Notes under the pieces: model-generated
Seen by the model: the letters and a program-made list of their open reading frames with translations, nothing else
Told to the model about the DNA's origin: nothing
Databases searched by the model: none
Translations under genes and position numbers: made by a program
NCBI RefSeq assembly: GCF_009834535.1
Contig: NC_045712.1
Coordinates: forward strand, 25,358,001-25,422,000
Direction of reading: 5' to 3'
From: Camelus ferus
Taxonomy: Eukaryota
DNA length: 64,000 nt
Shown: positions 60,330 through 64,000 of the stretch, in pieces
Numbering within the stretch: position 1 is the first letter of the stretch
Layout of the letters: each line of letters starts with the position of its first letter

Positions 60330-61470
60330 GGACGAAGGGCTCGCTTGAGAGAAGAGATTCTCAGAGATTGCATTCTGTATGGGATCTGGATAAGCCATCA
60401 AGGAGAGATCCAGAAGAGGGGTATTTTAGGTAGAGGAACCATCCAGTTAAAAGCCCTGAGAGGACAGGAGCTGGACAGGGCTTAACAGAAAGAAGGCCCA
60501 GATGTCTTATGATGGTGGTAGTTAGGGGAGTGAAGAGGTCAGCAAAACCAGGTTCCTGGCATTCTTAGAAAGGAATAAGGGGTTTTGTTCTTGGTCTGGT
60601 GGGAAGTACTGAAGGCTTTTGAGCAGGGAATGACCTGGGCTGGCTCCTGTTTAGATAATTGCTGCTCTGAGAGAATTACTCTGTAATAGAAGTGGAGGCT
60701 CCTGCCCTCATCCAGCAAGGGAGGGGAGGGCCTGGGTCCGGGTAGGTCTGGTGCAAAGAAGGGGGTCACCCCTTCTGGGATGTGTTTTGGAGTTAAAGTC
60801 GTCTTGCTGATGCATGAATATGGGAAGGGAAAGAGGAGTATCTAGCATGACTCCTAGATTTCTGGTCTGAACAACCGATTGGCTGAAATTGCCATGATTT
60901 GATCCAAGAAAGACTGGAGAAGAGTGGGTTTGGAGAGCAAAATCAAATGATCATTTGTGGACACATGACCCTTAAGATACTTGTTAGATATTAAAGAGGA
61001 GATGCACAGTCAGCCATTGGGTGTGTGCCTCTGTTGTCTGGGAGGGAGATCAGCACTGAAGCCTTGGATCTAGGAACCAAAGGGAATGGATGGTATTTAA
61101 GGCCAGGGACCTGGATGTGAGTGGGAAGGTGCACAGTGGAGGGCAGCAGTCAGACTGAGCCCTGGAACACTCCACTGGGGGAAGGTAGAGAAGATGAAGC
61201 AGAACCAGCAAAGAAGCTTAGCAGGAGCAGCCAGGAGGTGGGAGGAAACCAAGAGAGTATGGGTACTTAGGAGCCAAGGGGAACAAGCATCAAATGCTGC
61301 TGTGAGGAGGTGAGACTGGAGAACAAACTACTGGATTCAGCAGTATGCAGGTCTCTGAGGACTCTGACAAGGGCAGTTTTATGGAGAGAGGAACAAGCTC
61401 AACTATGATAGGTAGAAGAGAGAGTAGAGGTGAAGAACTGGAGAGAGCAAGTGTAGACAACCTTTTAGAA
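60330..61470 (-). mobile_element. LINE-2 (L2a-like), with an L1 3' remnant following to ~61700
   Basis: tgggaagtactgaaggcttttgagcagggaatgacctgg and tgtttggagagcaaaatcaaatgatcatttgtggacacatg are antisense L2 motifs. Confidence 0.8.
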
Positions 61471-61844
61471 ATTGACTTCTAACATAAATAAAATGATTAG
61501 ACAACTCTCAAAGGTACAGCTCCATAAATGTTAAAATCTGTAGACACCTGTGCAACTGTCACCCAGATTAAGATATAGAATATCACCAGCCACTCCAGGA
61601 GGCCACTTTGTGTCCCCTCCAGTTGATATCCCCAAAGATGACCACTGTTTTTATTTCTGTCACCAAGGATACTTTTATTTGTCAAATGTAGACAGCTTTT
61701 GAGAGATTCTGTTGATGGCTGGGCTCAGATTTTATAGGCAGATAATGTTCTAATGGTGAGTGGACAGCTGGGGTTCAGATTCTGTGGGGTAGCAGGTCCT
61801 GGGCACACTTTTCTTGTGTGCTGTGCTTGCTCTGTCTCCAAGAC

Positions 61845-61930
61845 TGCATGGCCAAGACTTCGGTCTTGAGCCTCAGTTTCCCCATGTGAAGCTTGATCCT
61901 TCTCCCCTCACATCTCCTTCAGATTGTAGT
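61845..61930 (+). mobile_element. MIR fragment
   Basis: cttgagcctcagtttccccatgtgaa. Confidence 0.6.
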
Positions 61931-62070
61931 CATGAATAGCGGAATTCATGGGGAGCAGTGAAAATTGGGGGTGTTCCAGGCCTTTTGATGCCTGTCTAGA
62001 GCCTAGAGCTCAGTCACCAGGGATGGGTGGGGCTAGGATCTTGGAAGCCCAGGAGTCCCGCCTGTTTGAG

Positions 62071-62117
62071 CAACTAACCTGGCAACTAGCCTGGCAACAG
62101 GGTGGGCCTGACAAACA
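62071..62117 (+). promoter_or_regulatory. CDHR4: CDHR4 proximal promoter: tandem RFX half-sites plus a forkhead site
   Basis: CCTGGCAAC at 62078-62086 and 62090-62098; ACAAACA (RYAAAYA) at 62111-62117. Confidence 0.55.
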
Positions 62118-62160
62118 CGTCTGGCTTTCTGGAGTCTCTGCAGTCTATCTTCAGGCCACT

Positions 62161-63793
62161 ATGGTGCTGCTCAGGCCCCTGGTGCTTCTTGTTGCTTTGG
62201 TTGTCTCTGGTGAGGAGCTGGTGGGTGGAGGAGCTCCAGTTCTTACCCCATGACTCCACAGAAGAGTAGAGTCCTGATCCTTCTCTGATAAGCTATCACG
62301 GAGGACAGGGGCTGGGGGGAGACAAGAAAGGGCAAAGATCTGAACCCCTGACCCTCATTCCTTATCTTGGCTGCTTTCTCCACCAAATTCTCACTCCCAG
62401 TCTGTGAAATGAGCTGACACGTGGTTGGATGTGGGGATAAGGAAGGATTTTAGCTGCCTGTCCCCCAGATGTGGCCAGGCCCTAAGGCAGAAGGGAAGGA
62501 CTCTACTTGTGGGTATGTTTCCATGATCATGGGGGTCCTCCAGCCTGAATCATCTCTTCCTCACAGACCTCCATTGCCTGCCCTGGTTCATAAATGTCTC
62601 TGAGAGCCAGGGACCTGGTACCATCCTTCAGTCTTTCTTCTTCAACTGCTCTTCATACATACCCACCCTGAAGTTGCTCCATGTGCAGCCACCCACCAAC
62701 TTCTTCAACCCACCCAGCCTGACCAGGTGGCAGGGGATCTATGTGGCCAAGGTAAGGTAATGGGACCATGGGAGGACAAGGGGAGACCCTAAATTCACAA
62801 AGCCAGAAATGATGTCAGGGGATGGAGAGCCTAGGCCCCACAAGGCACTGCAAACCTACCACAGATAACCTTGAGCAGCTCGGCCCAGCTGGATGCCCTG
62901 GTAGTGAACCACTATGAGCTGCAGCTGCAGTTCACATGTGGCAACCATACGATGGAGGGACCACTCTCTGTGGATGTGCAGCGGGACCCTGGTCACATCC
63001 AGTGTGCTGGGAGATTTGCCAGCCCAGGTGAGGCCAGGAGCAGCAGGTGGGGGTGTGGGCAGGCATTGCCTGAACAGAGCCTCCCTGACCTCCCCTCTGG
63101 CCAGCTGGGGAAATCATTCAGGTGCCAGAAATGGTCACACCTGGGGCCCGGCTGTACACTCTGCTGCTCCCAGGCATGGAACTCCAGGGAGCCCAGGTAA
63201 GCCCTGCACATGGGCAATGGAGGGAGGGGGCCAGGATAGGAGGACTGGGGTGACCAAGTCCAGTCTCTGCAAGGCCAAGCATAGCCTGCAGAGGGACTCT
63301 TTAGTCTATAGCCGAGCCTCTGCATGATGCATGTTCTTGGAGAGAGCCACTGAGGGCTGCCCACCCCACTATGACTGGTCCTAGAGGAACATCTCAGGGG
63401 CTGAGTTTTTTAAAGTTCTTCTGTATGTACTGCGTTCTCCATGAAAATTCTCTATCATTTTTGTAATCCAAAAAAGAAATGTGGTTAAAAGACAAAATAA
63501 TTGATTTAAAAGTAGAGAGGATTGAGGATCAAGGCCAGGGGGAACCCAGGCTAGAGTGTCAGTGGTGGGTGTGGGAGCGTTGAGAGTGGACAGGTACCTG
63601 GTGGGTTGTTGGGGGATTTTGACAGGGATGCTTGGGGGCACTGGGTCTAGGGATGGGGCCTCCAGCATCTCTGTCCTGTCAGATGAGCATCACCAGTGCC
63701 CAGGACCCTCCATACTTCCCTGGACATTTCTCCATCAATGGGCAGGGCTGGCTGCAGGCACCGTCCCAGGGCCTCAAAGGACAAGCTCAAAAG
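62161..63793 (+). CDS. CDHR4: Cadherin-related family member 4, 5' part (continues beyond the window)
   Basis: Exons 62161-62209, 62567-62751, 62865-63027, 63105-63196, 63683-63793. Signal peptide MVLLRPLVLLVALVVS, then DLHCLPWFINVSESQGPGT...LQAPSQGLKGQAQK. All GT-AG and in phase. Confidence 0.95.
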
Positions 63794-64000
63794 GTAAGCA
63801 TGACTGGGGACCAGGAGATATCCATTAATTAGGCACAAAATTGGCAGAGCCATCACCTCCTGGAGGTTTGTTTGTTCTTGGCCTCCTCAGTCATGCTGCC
63901 TTTCCCAGACATAGTCCCTACCTGCACCGGCTGCCCCATGCTGTCTGTCCTCCCACCTTGGCCTGGTTCTGTGCTGAGCTCTTAAGTTCTAGAAAGAAAA

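Noticed and set aside
1-64000. CRISPR arrays, rRNA genes, prokaryote-style operons or defence systems
   Set aside because: The window is intron-containing mammalian DNA with no repeat-spacer arrays or rRNA-like sequence.

Overview
Mammalian genomic DNA, very probably from a camelid: it carries four tRNA-Ala-derived Vic-1-type SINEs and a camelid-like L1 3' end. Gene order is CAMKV(+), TRAIP(+), UBA7(+), INKA1/FAM212A(-), CDHR4(+, 5' part only), matching the block I recall on human 3p21.31. I traced every coding exon by hand. All five frames are intact: CAMKV 501 aa if the N-run is length-true, TRAIP 472 aa, UBA7 1018 aa, INKA1 283 aa, and the first 200 codons of CDHR4. Introns and the TRAIP-UBA7 spacer hold L1/L2/MIR fragments, two LTRs, a SNRPG processed pseudogene and nine N-runs. 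I found no wholly new gene or biological system. The best leads concern RNA processing. (1) TRAIP's last intron is U12-type, and its retention would remove the PIP box without triggering NMD; the exon before it starts with a recursive-type donor. (2) UBA7 exon 15 appears to have lost its ancestral donor and gained 6 aa near the catalytic Cys. (3) CAMKV has a GC-AG intron and a 43-codon uORF. (4) The UBA7 poly(A) signal comes from an L2 element. Comparisons with human sequences are from memory, not from a database search.
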